DNA from: Bacteroidota bacterium
Lineage (GTDB): Bacteria > Bacteroidota > Ignavibacteria > UBA10030 > UBA6906
DNA: 64,000 nucleotides
Assembly (NCBI GenBank): GCA_035506295.1
Contig: DATJPR010000146.1
Span: forward strand, 10,233-74,232
Direction of reading: 5' to 3'
Position numbers and translations under genes: made by a program. Numbering within the stretch: position 1 is the stretch's first letter; every line of letters starts with the position of its first letter. Positions 1 through 9,264 of the stretch are shown here, in pieces. The notes beneath the pieces are model-generated. The model made no database searches and was not told the origin of the DNA. It was given only the letters and a program-made list of their open reading frames with translations.

Positions 1-1912
1 GAGCCAGCCACTCGAGCTCCATCGCGGCCTGCCCTTCGAAAGAAACCTTCTGTCGGAGACCCAGCAACGATGCAACTCCATCGAACAATCGCCCGGCGCT
101 CGTCGTGCGGGTCACATTGATCCGGCGTTGAATCGCACGCTGGACGAGCTGCAATTCCTCGGTGTCCCAATCCTTGAAGCACGCGAGATCGGCACACCCC
201 GCCTGGTCGCCTGCCGGGATCTCACGAACCATTCCCAGAGCAGATCTTCGCGGCTCGCGAGCCGCAGCGTCGCCGCCGGGGAGATCAAAGGATCGGATAC
301 TCGCCACCCTCCGGAAACCCGCCTTCCCCACGACCAGGAATTCCCCGCCCCAGATCGTTCCATCCAGTCCCCAACCGCTGCCGTCCCAGGACACTCCAAG
401 AACATCGTCGGACAGGCCATTTTCCGCCATGCACGCCGCAATATGCGCGTGGTGATGCTGGACCCGGCGCACCGGCAGTCCCAAGCCCAGCGCCTCTTCC
501 GTCGAAATGTAGTCAGGATGCTTGTCAGCCACAACTACGCTTGGGGCAAGCTGGTACAACCGTTGAAAATCCTTCAGCGTTGAGCGGAACGCGATCAACG
601 ATTGCTCGGTCTCCAGGTCTCCAAGGTGCTGGCTGATGAACACAGAATTCCTGCGCGCTACCGCCACCGTATTCTTCAGGTGAGCTCCTACGGCAATGGC
701 ATCCGGGAGTTGCGTGGACACACTCACCGGCAATGGCGCATACCCCCGCGAACGGCGCAGCACCAGTTCCCTGTCCATCAGCACGCGAACGACAGAATCA
801 TCGACAAACCTTACGATGGGTCGGTTGTGCACCAGGAAGAGATCCGCAATCCCGGCGAGTCGGTACAGCGCCTCACGTTCATCGGTGCAGATCGGTTCGT
901 CGGTGAGGTTTCCGCTCGTCGCAACGAGCGGGCGGCCGACTTTCCTGAGAAGGAGATGGTGCAGCGGTGTGTACGGCAGCATGACGCCGAGGGTCGGATT
1001 CCCGGGGGCGACGTTCCGCGCGACGTCCGCCGAAGAGCCGGCGTTCCCGATTTTCTTCAACAGCACGATCGGCGACTCAGGAGATCGGAGGAGCCGCTCT
1101 TCCAGCGGTGAAACGACGCAACTCATGCGCGCTGTTGAAACGTCCTGCACCATGATCGCGAGCGGTTTCTCCTCGCGCCGCTTTCGTTCCCGCAACCCGG
1201 CAACCGCTGCTTCGTTCGTTGCATCGACCATTAAGTGAAAACCGCCGAGTCCCTTCACCGCTATGGTCTTGCCCTCAAGCAGCGCCGCAACCGCCGCATC
1301 GATCGCGTCGCCACGTGAGGCAACCGGATCCCCCCCGGGAGTCCACAGTTCGACGTGGGGACCGCAGACAGGGCAAGCGTTCGGCTGCGCGTGAAAGCGT
1401 CGGTTGCCGGGGTCTTCGTATTCCCTCCGGCACTCGTCACACATGACGAATGCATTCATCGAAGTGTTCGGACGGTCGTACGGAAGAGCGGTGATGATGG
1501 TAAACCGCGGGCCGCAGTTGGTACAGTTGGTGAAGGGATAGCCGTATCGCCGGTTCGTCGGATCAGCGATTTCCGCGAGGCAGGCGGGACATGCTGCAAT
1601 ATCGGGCATGACAAACACCGAAAGCTCGCCGGCGCCATCGCTTTCGCGAATGGTGAAGCCCTGGTATCCACCCCGGTCGAGAAACGTGAACTCGAAACTC
1701 TGAATGAATGCTCGCGCCGGTTTCTCTGCTTCGATCCGAAGCACGAAGCGGTCCACCTCGGGATCCTCCCCCTCTGCTTCGATGATCACGCCCGCGGAGG
1801 CGTTCATCACCCATCCGGCGAGCCTGTGCTCGCCGGCGAGGCGGTAGATGAACGGGCGGAACCCTACGCCCTGAACGGCGCCGCGGACTTCAATGTGTAC
1901 GCGTTTTGACAT
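1..1912 (-). CDS. hypF: Hydrogenase maturation carbamoyltransferase HypF (partial; C-terminus lies beyond the left edge of the window)
   Basis: Absent from the ORF track because the frame runs off the window edge. Minus-strand translation from the ATG at 1910-1912 reads MSKRVHIEVRGAVQGVGFRPFIYRLAGEHRLAGWVMNASAGVIIEAEG (acylphosphatase-like HypF N-domain). Paired Cys zinc-finger motifs follow (CPACLAE..CTNCGPRF and CDECRREY..CPVCGPH). It lies directly downstream of hoxW. Confidence 0.85.
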   Translation of the reverse strand, partial: MSKRVHIEVRGAVQGVGFRPFIYRLAGEHRLAGWVMNASAGVIIEAEGEDPEVDRFVLRIEAEKPARAFIQSFEFTFLDRGGYQGFTIRESDGAGELSVFVMPDIAACPACLAEIADPTNRRYGYPFTNCTNCGPRFTIITALPYDRPNTSMNAFVMCDECRREYEDPGNRRFHAQPNACPVCGPHVELWTPGGDPVASRGDAIDAAVAALLEGKTIAVKGLGGFHLMVDATNEAAVAGLRERKRREEKPLAIMVQDVSTARMSCVVSPLEERLLRSPESPIVLLKKIGNAGSSADVARNVAPGNPTLGVMLPYTPLHHLLLRKVGRPLVATSGNLTDEPICTDEREALYRLAGIADLFLVHNRPIVRFVDDSVVRVLMDRELVLRRSRGYAPLPVSVSTQLPDAIAVGAHLKNTVAVARRNSVFISQHLGDLETEQSLIAFRSTLKDFQRLYQLAPSVVVADKHPDYISTEEALGLGLPVRRVQHHHAHIAACMAENGLSDDVLGVSWDGSGWGLDGTIWGGEFLVVGKAGFRRVASIRSFDLPGGDAAAREPRRSALGMVREIPAGDQAGCADLACFKDWDTEELQLVQRAIQRRINVTRTTSAGRLFDGVASLLGLRQKVSFEGQAAMELEWLA

Positions 1913-2002
1913 CGGGGGAGATGGAGAATTTCGTGAGCCGAATCCTTGCGCGGTGATTGCGCAGAGTAAGGATTTTCTCAGAGAGTTGCCACGCCGACCC
2001 GG

Positions 2003-2449
2003 TCAGGCTTCCTGACGTTCATCCAGAATCCGCTTGACGAGCTTCACGGATTCGTCGATTGCCGTTTTGGTGGCGGGCGAAAGCCGTTCAGTGAAAGAGA
2101 AATCGAAGGCGGGGATGGCGACGAGATAGACGGCTCGCGGGAGGGTTCCGTACAGCGATTTGCACAGCGCGAGGACCTGCGAAGGAGAGAAGAGATGAGA
2201 GTCGACGGGAGGAACCGGAGACGAGAGATCGAGCGTCGAGCAGACGACTTCCTCTGTTCCCGCGGCCGCATCAAGGAAAATCACCAGGTCCCGATGAGAG
2301 AGGGATTCTGCGATCTCAGGATGTATGTCGTGGGTGATGATGACATCCACGCCGGGGACGGTATCGCGCACTTGTTGCGCGGCGAGGACTCCGGCCGCAT
2401 CGTCGGCGCGCAGGGTATTGCCGTACCCGATCACCAGAGGGGGGTTCAT
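2003..2449 (-). CDS. hoxW: NiFe-hydrogenase maturation endopeptidase (HoxW/HyaD family)
   Basis: 148-aa ORF starting [20 protein letters not shown], the typical GxGNxxxxDDxxG N-terminus of hydrogenase proteases. Its start overlaps the hoxH stop as ATGA. Confidence 0.85.
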   Translation of the reverse strand: MNPPLVIGYGNTLRADDAAGVLAAQQVRDTVPGVDVIITHDIHPEIAESLSHRDLVIFLDAAAGTEEVVCSTLDLSSPVPPVDSHLFSPSQVLALCKSLYGTLPRAVYLVAIPAFDFSFTERLSPATKTAIDESVKLVKRILDERQEA

Positions 2450-3873
2450 CGCACCCGTTCATCCAGCACACGATCGGAAGCGTCCACCACCTGGACATGC
2501 AGCGGCATGCTGCCGATGGCATGCGTGGAACAGGAGAGGCACGGGTCGAAGCAGCGGATTCCCGCCTCGATCCGGTTCAGCAGTCCTTCCGTGATCTTTG
2601 CGCCGTCAAGATACTGGATCGCCAGTTGTCTCACCGTCCGGTTCATGGCGAGGTTGTTTTGTGCCGTCGCGATCAACAAATCGACGTGCTGAAGAACGCC
2701 ATCCTGGTTCACCCAGTACTCGTGGAACAGCGTTCCCCGCGGCGCCTCGCTCGCTCCGACGCCGTGGTCGCGGTTGATCATCGCGCGTGATCGGACCTTC
2801 TTCCCGAGGATCGCAGGATCATGCAGGAGCTGCTCCACCTTCTCGACGGCGAACAAGAGCTCAATGAGCCGGGCGTAATGGTAGTAGAACGAATTGTTCA
2901 CGACGCCTTCTTCACCCGCAAGCGCCTTGAAGCGTTTGCGCTCTTCTTCCGCGAGGGGCGTCGGGATGTACGAGCAAATATTCACGCGCGCCAGCGGCCC
3001 GACCCGATACATACCCTTGGGATAACCCATCGGCTTATAGTATGGGAATTTGAGGTACGACCATTGCTCCGTCGCCTCTCCGAAATGCTCACGGTAGTCC
3101 GCGGGGTCGATCTTGTCGTCAAGGATGTTTCCTCCGCTGTCGGTAATGCGAAGTGCTCCGTCGTAGTACTCGAGGGCGCCGTCTTTCGCCACAAGTCCCA
3201 TGAACAGCGAGCGGAAATTGCCGAAGTTCGGGATGTCGCGCTCGAACGTCGAGTGGATTTCCTTGAGCTTCGCAAGAGCAAGGAGCGCGGTTTCTTTCGC
3301 TTCCGGGATCCATGCAAGCAGTGTATCGCGTTTCGACTCCTCGAACGGCTCACGGACGCCGCCGGCGACCGCCCACGGCGTGTGGATCTTCCGGCTGCCG
3401 AGGATCTCGATGATTTCCTGGCCGAATTTCCGCAGGCGGATGCCACGGCGGGCGAAGTCTTTGTCTTTTGCGATGAGGCCGAACACGTTGCGCTGCGCCG
3501 GGTCGCTGTCGAACCCCAGCAGGAAGTCCGGCGAAGACAGGTGGAAGAAGCTCAGTGCGTGGGACTGGATCCATTGTGCGAGGGTAATCATGCGGCGGAG
3601 GAGTTCCGCCGTTTCGGGGATCCCCACCGCGAGAATGGCATCGCCGGCCTTCGCAGAGGTGATCAGGTGGCTCGTGGGACAGATCCCGCAAATCCTCGAG
3701 GTGATACCCGCCATCTCCCACATCAGTCGGCCTTCACAGAACTTCTCGAAGCCGCGGAACTCATTGACGTGAAACCGCGCGTCCGCCACCGATCCGTCGT
3801 CATTCATCCGGATGGTGATCTTCGCATGGCCTTCGATTCTCGTGACGGGCGCGATGGTGATAGTCTTCGACAT
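2446..3873 (-). CDS. hoxH: NiFe hydrogenase large subunit, bidirectional NAD-linked (group 3d-like)
   Basis: 475-aa ORF carrying [15 protein letters not shown] and the C-terminal DPCLSCSTH nickel-ligand motifs. Confidence 0.95.
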   Translation of the reverse strand: MSKTITIAPVTRIEGHAKITIRMNDDGSVADARFHVNEFRGFEKFCEGRLMWEMAGITSRICGICPTSHLITSAKAGDAILAVGIPETAELLRRMITLAQWIQSHALSFFHLSSPDFLLGFDSDPAQRNVFGLIAKDKDFARRGIRLRKFGQEIIEILGSRKIHTPWAVAGGVREPFEESKRDTLLAWIPEAKETALLALAKLKEIHSTFERDIPNFGNFRSLFMGLVAKDGALEYYDGALRITDSGGNILDDKIDPADYREHFGEATEQWSYLKFPYYKPMGYPKGMYRVGPLARVNICSYIPTPLAEEERKRFKALAGEEGVVNNSFYYHYARLIELLFAVEKVEQLLHDPAILGKKVRSRAMINRDHGVGASEAPRGTLFHEYWVNQDGVLQHVDLLIATAQNNLAMNRTVRQLAIQYLDGAKITEGLLNRIEAGIRCFDPCLSCSTHAIGSMPLHVQVVDASDRVLDERVR

Positions 3874-3917
3874 ACGATCCTCAGTGAGTATTCAGAGTCA
3901 ACCCTGCTGTGCGCGGC

Positions 3918-4454
3918 TCATCCATACCGGAGATACACCGACGAGAAGGCGGGCATGCGTCCTTCCAGAAGTTCTTTGATCGCGAACCAGATGGTGTCCG
4001 CCGTCGGAGGACACCCGTGGATGTACGCATCGACGGTGATGATTTCGTGAAGCGGGTGCGCCGTGGCCATCAGCTCCGCGATCGTCGGATAGTCCCGGGG
4101 CACCTGCGGCGTCACATCGGCAAGCTCGACATAGGCCCGGTTGAGCACGGCCTCCCGGTCGTGCGCGTTGCGGAGCGCGGTCACGTTCCCCGAGACCGCA
4201 CAATCGCCAAAGGAGACCACGAACCGGGAGTTCCGGCGGATCAGCTTCGCTTCTTCTTCGTTTTCATTGTTCGTCACCGCGCCTTCGACCAGCGTCACGT
4301 CGACATCGCGCGGAAACTCTTTGATGTCCGCAAGCGGAGAATGGACCAGCTCGATCTTGTCGGCGAGCTCGATCAGGCGCTCGTCCATGTCAAGGAACGA
4401 CATGTGGCACCCCGAACATCCTCCCAGCCAGACGGTGGCAACTCGTGGTTTCAT
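3918..4454 (-). CDS. hoxY: NiFe hydrogenase small subunit (short HoxY type)
   Basis: 178-aa ORF with the N-terminal [12 protein letters not shown] proximal-cluster motif. It sits immediately upstream of hoxH. Confidence 0.9.
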   Translation of the reverse strand: MKPRVATVWLGGCSGCHMSFLDMDERLIELADKIELVHSPLADIKEFPRDVDVTLVEGAVTNNENEEEAKLIRRNSRFVVSFGDCAVSGNVTALRNAHDREAVLNRAYVELADVTPQVPRDYPTIAELMATAHPLHEIITVDAYIHGCPPTADTIWFAIKELLEGRMPAFSSVYLRYG

Positions 4455-4467
4455 CGGCCCGAGGCTC

Positions 4468-5199
4468 CTATTCCTCTTCGTGGATGTTGACCCACTCGCG
4501 TTTGAGACGAGCGGTGACGATGTATTTCAGGAAATCGGTCTTCTTCTCCATCTCGGCCACGTTTTCCCCCTTGGCCACGAGAGCACCCGTCGGACAGACG
4601 AGCACGCACTTTCCGCAGGAGGTGCAGGATTCAGACTCACCCCACGGCTGGTTCAGATCGGCGATAATCGTGCAGGAGATGCCGCGGTTCGCGATATCCC
4701 AGACATGAGCGCCTTCCACCTCGTGGCACACGCGGACGCAGCGGTTGCAGAGGACGCAGCGGTTCCGGTCGATGATAAAATCCTGGTGCGTCGCATCGAC
4801 CGTCTTCCGCGGATACAGATACGGGAAGCGTGTATGCGTGAGGCCGACTTCGTAAGCGAGATTCTGGAGTTCACAGTGATTGTTGACGATACAGACGGCG
4901 CACTGATGGTTTCCCTCGGATGCGAGGAGCTCGATGATCGTCCGGCGGTGGCGCTTCAGGCGGTCGGTGTTGGTGCGTATGACCATCCCTTCCTGCGGCC
5001 GTGTGGTGCAGGCGGGGAACAGTTTCGACGAGCCTTCAATCTCCACAAGGCAGAGCCTGCAGGCGCCGGTATCGGTGAGACCGTCAAGATGGCAAAGCGT
5101 CGGTATCCGGATCCCATGCTGGGTCGCGATCTCGAGAATGGACTCGTCATCGTTTCCGCTGACCTGCTCGCCATCAATTGTGAGTGTAAGGATAGCCAT
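4468..5199 (-). CDS. hoxU: Diaphorase FeS subunit HoxU (NuoG N-terminal-like)
   Basis: Track ORF 4468..5484 trimmed to the ATG at 5199 ([13 protein letters not shown]). It has a 2Fe-2S ferredoxin-like motif ([18 protein letters not shown]) and CxxCxxCxxxC 4Fe-4S motifs. The upstream extension is Arg/Gly-rich and overlaps hoxF. Confidence 0.9.
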   Translation of the reverse strand: MAILTLTIDGEQVSGNDDESILEIATQHGIRIPTLCHLDGLTDTGACRLCLVEIEGSSKLFPACTTRPQEGMVIRTNTDRLKRHRRTIIELLASEGNHQCAVCIVNNHCELQNLAYEVGLTHTRFPYLYPRKTVDATHQDFIIDRNRCVLCNRCVRVCHEVEGAHVWDIANRGISCTIIADLNQPWGESESCTSCGKCVLVCPTGALVAKGENVAEMEKKTDFLKYIVTARLKREWVNIHEEE

Positions 5200-5210
5200 G
5201 ATCGTTCCTG

Positions 5211-6860
5211 TTATGCGTGCTGAGGTCCGGATCCGTTGCCGGAAGGCACAAAGCCCTCCGCGGGGATGAGGAGCTTTTCGTATTCGTGGCGGAAGAATCG
5301 CAGCGTGGAAAGTACCGGGTTGGGCGCCGACTGACCCAGACCGCACAGGCTGGTCTCCTTCACCATCATGCAGAGCTCTTCCAGGAGGTCGAGGTCGGCC
5401 TTCGTCCCTTTCCCCATGCTGATCTTGTCCAGAAGCTTGTAGATGTGCACGGTGCCGACCCTGCAAGGAATGCACTTTCCGCACGATTCATCCATGCAGA
5501 AATCCATGAAGTACTTCGCAACGTCGACCATCCCCGACGTCGAGTCCATGACGATCAGCCCGCCGCTTCCCATGATGGAACCGACGGTCGCCAGTGATTC
5601 GTAGTCCACGGGAAGATCGAGGTGCTCCTTCGGGATGCAGCCGCCTGAAGGGCCGCCGGTCTGCGCCGCCTTGAACTCCGTGCCTTCCGGCGTCCCCCCG
5701 CCGATATCGAAAATGATCGTCCGCAACGGGATGCCCATCGGCACTTCAATCAGTCCCGTGTTCCGGATATTGCCGGCGAGCGCAAACACCTTCGTGCCCG
5801 TGCTCTTCGGCGTCCCGATGGACGCAAACCATCCGCTCCCCTGCCGGATGATCGGAGACACATTCGCGTAGGTCTCAACGTTGTTGATCAGCGTCGGCAT
5901 TCCCCAGAGGCCTCGTTCCGACGGATACGGCGGACGGGGACGGGGACGGCCGCGCTTGCCTTCGATCGACCGGAGCAATGCAGTTTCTTCTCCGCACACG
6001 AACGCCCCGGCGCCGATCCGGAGGTCGATCCTGAAGTTGAAGGTCGAGTCGAAGATCCTGTTGCCCAGGAGCCCGAGGCGCTCCGCGTGTTTGATCGCCA
6101 GGCGGAGTCTCTCGATCGCCAGCGGATATTCCGCGCGGACATAAATGAACCCCTGGCTCGCCCCGATGGCGTAACCGGCAATTGCCATCCCTTCGAGGAT
6201 CCGGTGCGGATCTCCTTCCAGCACCGAACGATCCATGAACGCGCCGGGATCACCCTCATCCGCGTTGCAGACGACGTACTTCTGGTCGGCTTTAGCCTTG
6301 CGCACGATCCCCCACTTCAGGCCGGTCGGATACCCTGCTCCGCCGCGCCCGCGCAATCCACTCTTCCGGATCTCCTCGATCACATCAGGGGGTTGCATCT
6401 CCGACACGACCTTGGCGAGCGCTTCGTACCCGTCTGCCGCGATGTACTCCTCGATGCTCTCCGCGTTGATGCGTCCGCAATTCTCCAGAACCACTTTGCG
6501 CTGGGAAGCGAAGAACGGAGCGTTGTTGTCGAGGAGATGGTCGCTGACCTTGTTCCCCTTGACGATGTGGTCCTCGACAATTTTTCTGCCCGTGGCCTCG
6601 TCGACACGCTCGTACACGCTGCCGTCGGACGACACTTTCACGAGAGGTCCTTCACCGCACAACCCCATGCACCCTGTCCCGAGAACTTCGATTTCTTTGT
6701 CCAGACCCTGTTCAACGAGCGCCTTTTTGATCGAATCGCGGGCCGCATAACTGCCGCAGGACACACACCCGGCGGCGGCGCAATACAAAATGCGGTCGCG
6801 AAATTTCTTCTGGCGTTCACGTTCGGTCTCAGCGAGCTCACGCAGATCTTCGACAGTCAT
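5211..6860 (-). CDS. hoxF: Diaphorase NAD(H)/FMN-binding subunit HoxF (NuoF-like)
   Basis: Contains [13 protein letters not shown], a C-terminal [10 protein letters not shown] 4Fe-4S motif and an N-terminal thioredoxin-like 2Fe-2S region ([15 protein letters not shown]). The start is placed at ATG 6860 (MTVEDL), which forms an ATGA overlap with the hoxE stop. The open frame extends to 6890. Confidence 0.9.
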   Translation of the reverse strand: MTVEDLRELAETERERQKKFRDRILYCAAAGCVSCGSYAARDSIKKALVEQGLDKEIEVLGTGCMGLCGEGPLVKVSSDGSVYERVDEATGRKIVEDHIVKGNKVSDHLLDNNAPFFASQRKVVLENCGRINAESIEEYIAADGYEALAKVVSEMQPPDVIEEIRKSGLRGRGGAGYPTGLKWGIVRKAKADQKYVVCNADEGDPGAFMDRSVLEGDPHRILEGMAIAGYAIGASQGFIYVRAEYPLAIERLRLAIKHAERLGLLGNRIFDSTFNFRIDLRIGAGAFVCGEETALLRSIEGKRGRPRPRPPYPSERGLWGMPTLINNVETYANVSPIIRQGSGWFASIGTPKSTGTKVFALAGNIRNTGLIEVPMGIPLRTIIFDIGGGTPEGTEFKAAQTGGPSGGCIPKEHLDLPVDYESLATVGSIMGSGGLIVMDSTSGMVDVAKYFMDFCMDESCGKCIPCRVGTVHIYKLLDKISMGKGTKADLDLLEELCMMVKETSLCGLGQSAPNPVLSTLRFFRHEYEKLLIPAEGFVPSGNGSGPQHA

Positions 6861-7423
6861 GCTGCCACCTCCGCCGGCTGTTCCTGCCATTTCTTGATCC
6901 GGTCGACTGCGCTCTCCGGGGTCAGTTTCCCTGCGACGTGGTCGTCAACGACGGCGACAGGCGCAAGGCCGCACGAGCCAACACACCGGGCCGAAACCAG
7001 CGACACTTTGTTGTCGGTCGTGGTCTCGCCGAACTTGCACTGGCAATGATGTTCAACCGCCTTCTGAATCGCCGCCGCACCCTTGACATAGCATGCCGTT
7101 CCCATGCACAACACGAAGGTGTGTTCGCCCTTGGGCTTCAGGGTGAAGAAATGATAGAAGGTCGCAACACCGTAGACGCGGCTCAACGGGAGTTTCAATG
7201 CACGGGCGATATAAATGAGCAGTTCGTCCTCGAGGAAACCGAAGATCCCCTGCGCGGCGTGAAGAACTTCGATCAGCGCGTCGCCGCTGTTATGGTGCTT
7301 CGTGATGGCGCGGTCGAGCAGCTTGTACCGATTGTCGCCGCGTGGTTGCTCGGAAGGTGTTTTCAATGGAGTTCGTTGATGATGTATGATCCGGGACGGG
7401 CAATTGACGCCGAAAAAACTCAA
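6857..7423 (-). CDS. hoxE: Diaphorase 2Fe-2S subunit HoxE (NuoE-like)
   Basis: Contains the [10 protein letters not shown] and [10 protein letters not shown] motifs. The first in-frame start is a TTG at 7423 and another TTG lies at 7366, so the true start is uncertain. Confidence 0.85.
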   Translation of the reverse strand: MSFFGVNCPSRIIHHQRTPLKTPSEQPRGDNRYKLLDRAITKHHNSGDALIEVLHAAQGIFGFLEDELLIYIARALKLPLSRVYGVATFYHFFTLKPKGEHTFVLCMGTACYVKGAAAIQKAVEHHCQCKFGETTTDNKVSLVSARCVGSCGLAPVAVVDDHVAGKLTPESAVDRIKKWQEQPAEVAA

Positions 7424-7437
7424 CAGCCCATCAACAG

Positions 7438-7453
7438 TGCAATTGGCATGCCA
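7438..7453 (-). promoter_or_regulatory. Sigma-54-like -24/-12 element upstream of hoxE
   Basis: The minus strand reads TGGCAT-GCCAA-TTGCA, one mismatch to TGGCAC-N5-TTGCA. It lies only about 14 nt from the first possible hoxE start (TTG 7423), so it fits better if hoxE starts further downstream. Confidence 0.3.
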
Positions 7454-7593
7454 TCGAAAATCTCAGTTTCCGGCGTTGTTCACCTATGCAGAATCATGCT
7501 CGAACGGTTCCTTTTCACAAATGGGAATTCTCGCGCGTAGCAAAACTCATCAACAACGATCTTCTTGAGATGCAGAAGGAGAGCTTTGAGACG

Positions 7594-7618
7594 TGGAAGT
7601 GAGAATGGAAGTGGAGAA
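7594..7618 (+). repeat. Short tandem purine-rich repeat TGGAAGTG(G)AGAA x2
   Basis: TGGAAGTGAGAA (7594-7605) followed by TGGAAGTGGAGAA (7606-7618). It lies just beyond the hypB stop, in the hypB-hoxE intergenic region. Confidence 0.45.
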
Positions 7619-7632
7619 TCCGATGGAGGTCG

Positions 7633-8298
7633 TCAGCGGGCCGGCTTCGTCTTCATCGCCTGGTCGAACAGCCACTGCGCCCACGCATCCATTCCCTGGT
7701 TTGTAAGCGCGGATGTCTCAAAGACGACAAGATGAGGATTGATCGAAAAGGCATTCTTGCGGAGGACGTCGGGACGCGCGTTGATGTATGGAACAAGGTC
7801 GATCTTGTTGATGAGGAGAACCGCGGCGTTGCGAAACATTGCCGGATACTTCAACGGCTTGTCGTCTCCTTCCGTCGTGCTTGCAACAACCACCTTCACG
7901 TTTTCGCCAAGGTCGTAGTTCGCGGGACAGACGAGGTTCCCGACGTTCTCGATCACCAGAAGGTCGAGCTCGGCGAGCTTGATCGACTGCAAGGCCTCAT
8001 GGACAAGGTTCGCCTCGAGGTGGCAGCCGCCCCGGGTGACAATCTGAACCGCCGGGATCCCGGAACGTTCGATGCGGCGCGCATCGATGTCCGTCTGCAC
8101 GTCTCCCTCGATAACGGCGAGTCGCGTCTTCCCCTTCAGCAGATCGATCGTCTTTTCCAGGATGGTGGTTTTTCCCGCACCCGGCGAACTCACCATGTTG
8201 ATGACATAGACGCCGTGGTCGGTGAAGAGCGTCCGGTTGCGGAGGGCGACCTCATCATTCTTCTCAAGGACCTTGCGCTCGATGGTGACGACACTCAT
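7633..8298 (-). CDS. hypB: Hydrogenase nickel-incorporation GTPase HypB
   Basis: 221-aa ORF with the P-loop SSPGAGKTT plus ENVGNLVCP and NKIDL motifs. Confidence 0.9.
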   Translation of the reverse strand: MSVVTIERKVLEKNDEVALRNRTLFTDHGVYVINMVSSPGAGKTTILEKTIDLLKGKTRLAVIEGDVQTDIDARRIERSGIPAVQIVTRGGCHLEANLVHEALQSIKLAELDLLVIENVGNLVCPANYDLGENVKVVVASTTEGDDKPLKYPAMFRNAAVLLINKIDLVPYINARPDVLRKNAFSINPHLVVFETSALTNQGMDAWAQWLFDQAMKTKPAR

Positions 8299-8657
8299 CG
8301 CACACCTTTCTCTGCATCATCCACTTCGACTTCCACAACGCGCATCTCGGTGCCGCCGGTGATCTCTGCGTCCATGCTCCCGCACGACGCACAAAGGAGC
8401 GTTCCGTCTTCCGGGCTCGAAATCGCCCCGCAGGTCCGGCAGCGGATGGTGAACGGGACATTCTCGATGACCAGCGTGGCTGCGGGAAACGGAGACTCGC
8501 TGGCGACAGCCTCGAAACAGAACTTCAAGGAATCCGGGACAATTCCCGCCTGCGCGCCGATCGACACTTTGACGCTGCGGACGAACGGTCGCTCCCCTTC
8601 GGGGACGTACCGCCCGACGATGGACAGAATGTTTTCCGCGATGGAGAGCTCATGCAC
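8295..8657 (-). CDS. hypA: Hydrogenase nickel-insertion protein HypA
   Basis: Track ORF 8295..8717 trimmed to the GTG at 8655-8657, giving (M)HELSIAENIL, the canonical HypA N-terminus. It has a CRTCG...CASCG zinc site and a 4-nt overlap with hypB. The trimmed start avoids overlap with the upstream ORF. Confidence 0.85.
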   Translation of the reverse strand: MHELSIAENILSIVGRYVPEGERPFVRSVKVSIGAQAGIVPDSLKFCFEAVASESPFPAATLVIENVPFTIRCRTCGAISSPEDGTLLCASCGSMDAEITGGTEMRVVEVEVDDAEKGVR

Positions 8658-8665
8658 GGCCCTGC

Positions 8666-9142
8666 TCACTGCTCCTTCTGCTTGGTCCCGTCTTCCTGCC
8701 AATCGATGCCGTACCACAGAACATACCCGTCGCCGCCGCTGTCTTCGTCAAGGCTGACATAGGTATCGCCCGCCAGCCATTGCCAGAAACGGGGTTCGGA
8801 TTCCTTCACTTCGCCGAAGCGGGACGTCAGGTACGTATGGAGAGCGACCGTGTTTTTCTCACCTCTCGTCATAATGATGATCCCGGAAAAGAGGCCGTTG
8901 TTGAATTCAAACTCACAGTCCTCAAGTTTCGCCTCCCCGAGATGATCGACCGGCACTTTCACCTGGTCGGCGCGCTCGTCGAGCTCGGAGGACTGGAAGG
9001 CCTCGACCCGCTGGATGCGATCATACGGCGTCCCCCAGGTGAACCCGGGAAATCCGGGACCGGACTGCGCCGCGGTGGTCGCCGTCAACCCGATCGCCAG
9101 AAAGAAGGGTTGAACGATCAGCAATGAGCAGTGAAACCTCAT
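8666..9142 (-). CDS. Hypothetical exported protein
   Basis: The ATG at 9142 gives MRFHCSLLIVQPFFLAIGLTATTAAQ, a signal-peptide-like N-terminus. I recognise no family. It is co-oriented with hypA and lies 8 nt upstream of it. Confidence 0.55.
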   Translation of the reverse strand: MRFHCSLLIVQPFFLAIGLTATTAAQSGPGFPGFTWGTPYDRIQRVEAFQSSELDERADQVKVPVDHLGEAKLEDCEFEFNNGLFSGIIIMTRGEKNTVALHTYLTSRFGEVKESEPRFWQWLAGDTYVSLDEDSGGDGYVLWYGIDWQEDGTKQKEQ

Positions 9143-9206
9143 GGCCGAAGCCACTCCTCCAACGAATGCAAGCGTTACGGATCATGGTAGCGAACCCATC
9201 CCTGAA

Positions 9207-9235
9207 TTGCAATTGGGCCGGAGCATCTCTATTAT
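9207..9235 (+). promoter_or_regulatory. Sigma-70-type promoter for glnD
   Basis: TTGCAA (9207-9212), a 17-nt spacer, then TATTAT (9230-9235). It lies 29 nt upstream of ATG 9265. The palindromic TTGCAA could also serve a divergent promoter with TACCAT (9189-9184) on the minus strand. Confidence 0.45.
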
Positions 9236-9264
9236 AGAAGATCAGAGAATCTCTCTCGTCCTTC

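Noticed and set aside
1941-1974. The hairpin AATCCTTGCGCGGTGATTGCGCAGAGTAAGGATT between hoxW and hypF, considered as a terminator or attenuator.
   Set aside because: The T-run (TTTTCTC) lies on the plus-strand side, but both flanking genes are on the minus strand. On the minus strand no U-tract follows the stem. The function is unclear and the stem has an internal bulge.
4468-5484. N-terminal extensions in track ORFs. Examples: 4468..5484, 20375..21754, 32104..34497, 43980..44849, 53598..54659, 62701..63681, 49182..50489, 52926..53612.
   Set aside because: The extensions overlap the preceding gene or an intergenic promoter and have atypical composition. Internal ATG starts give canonical N-termini or signal peptides, often with ATGA stop-start overlaps.
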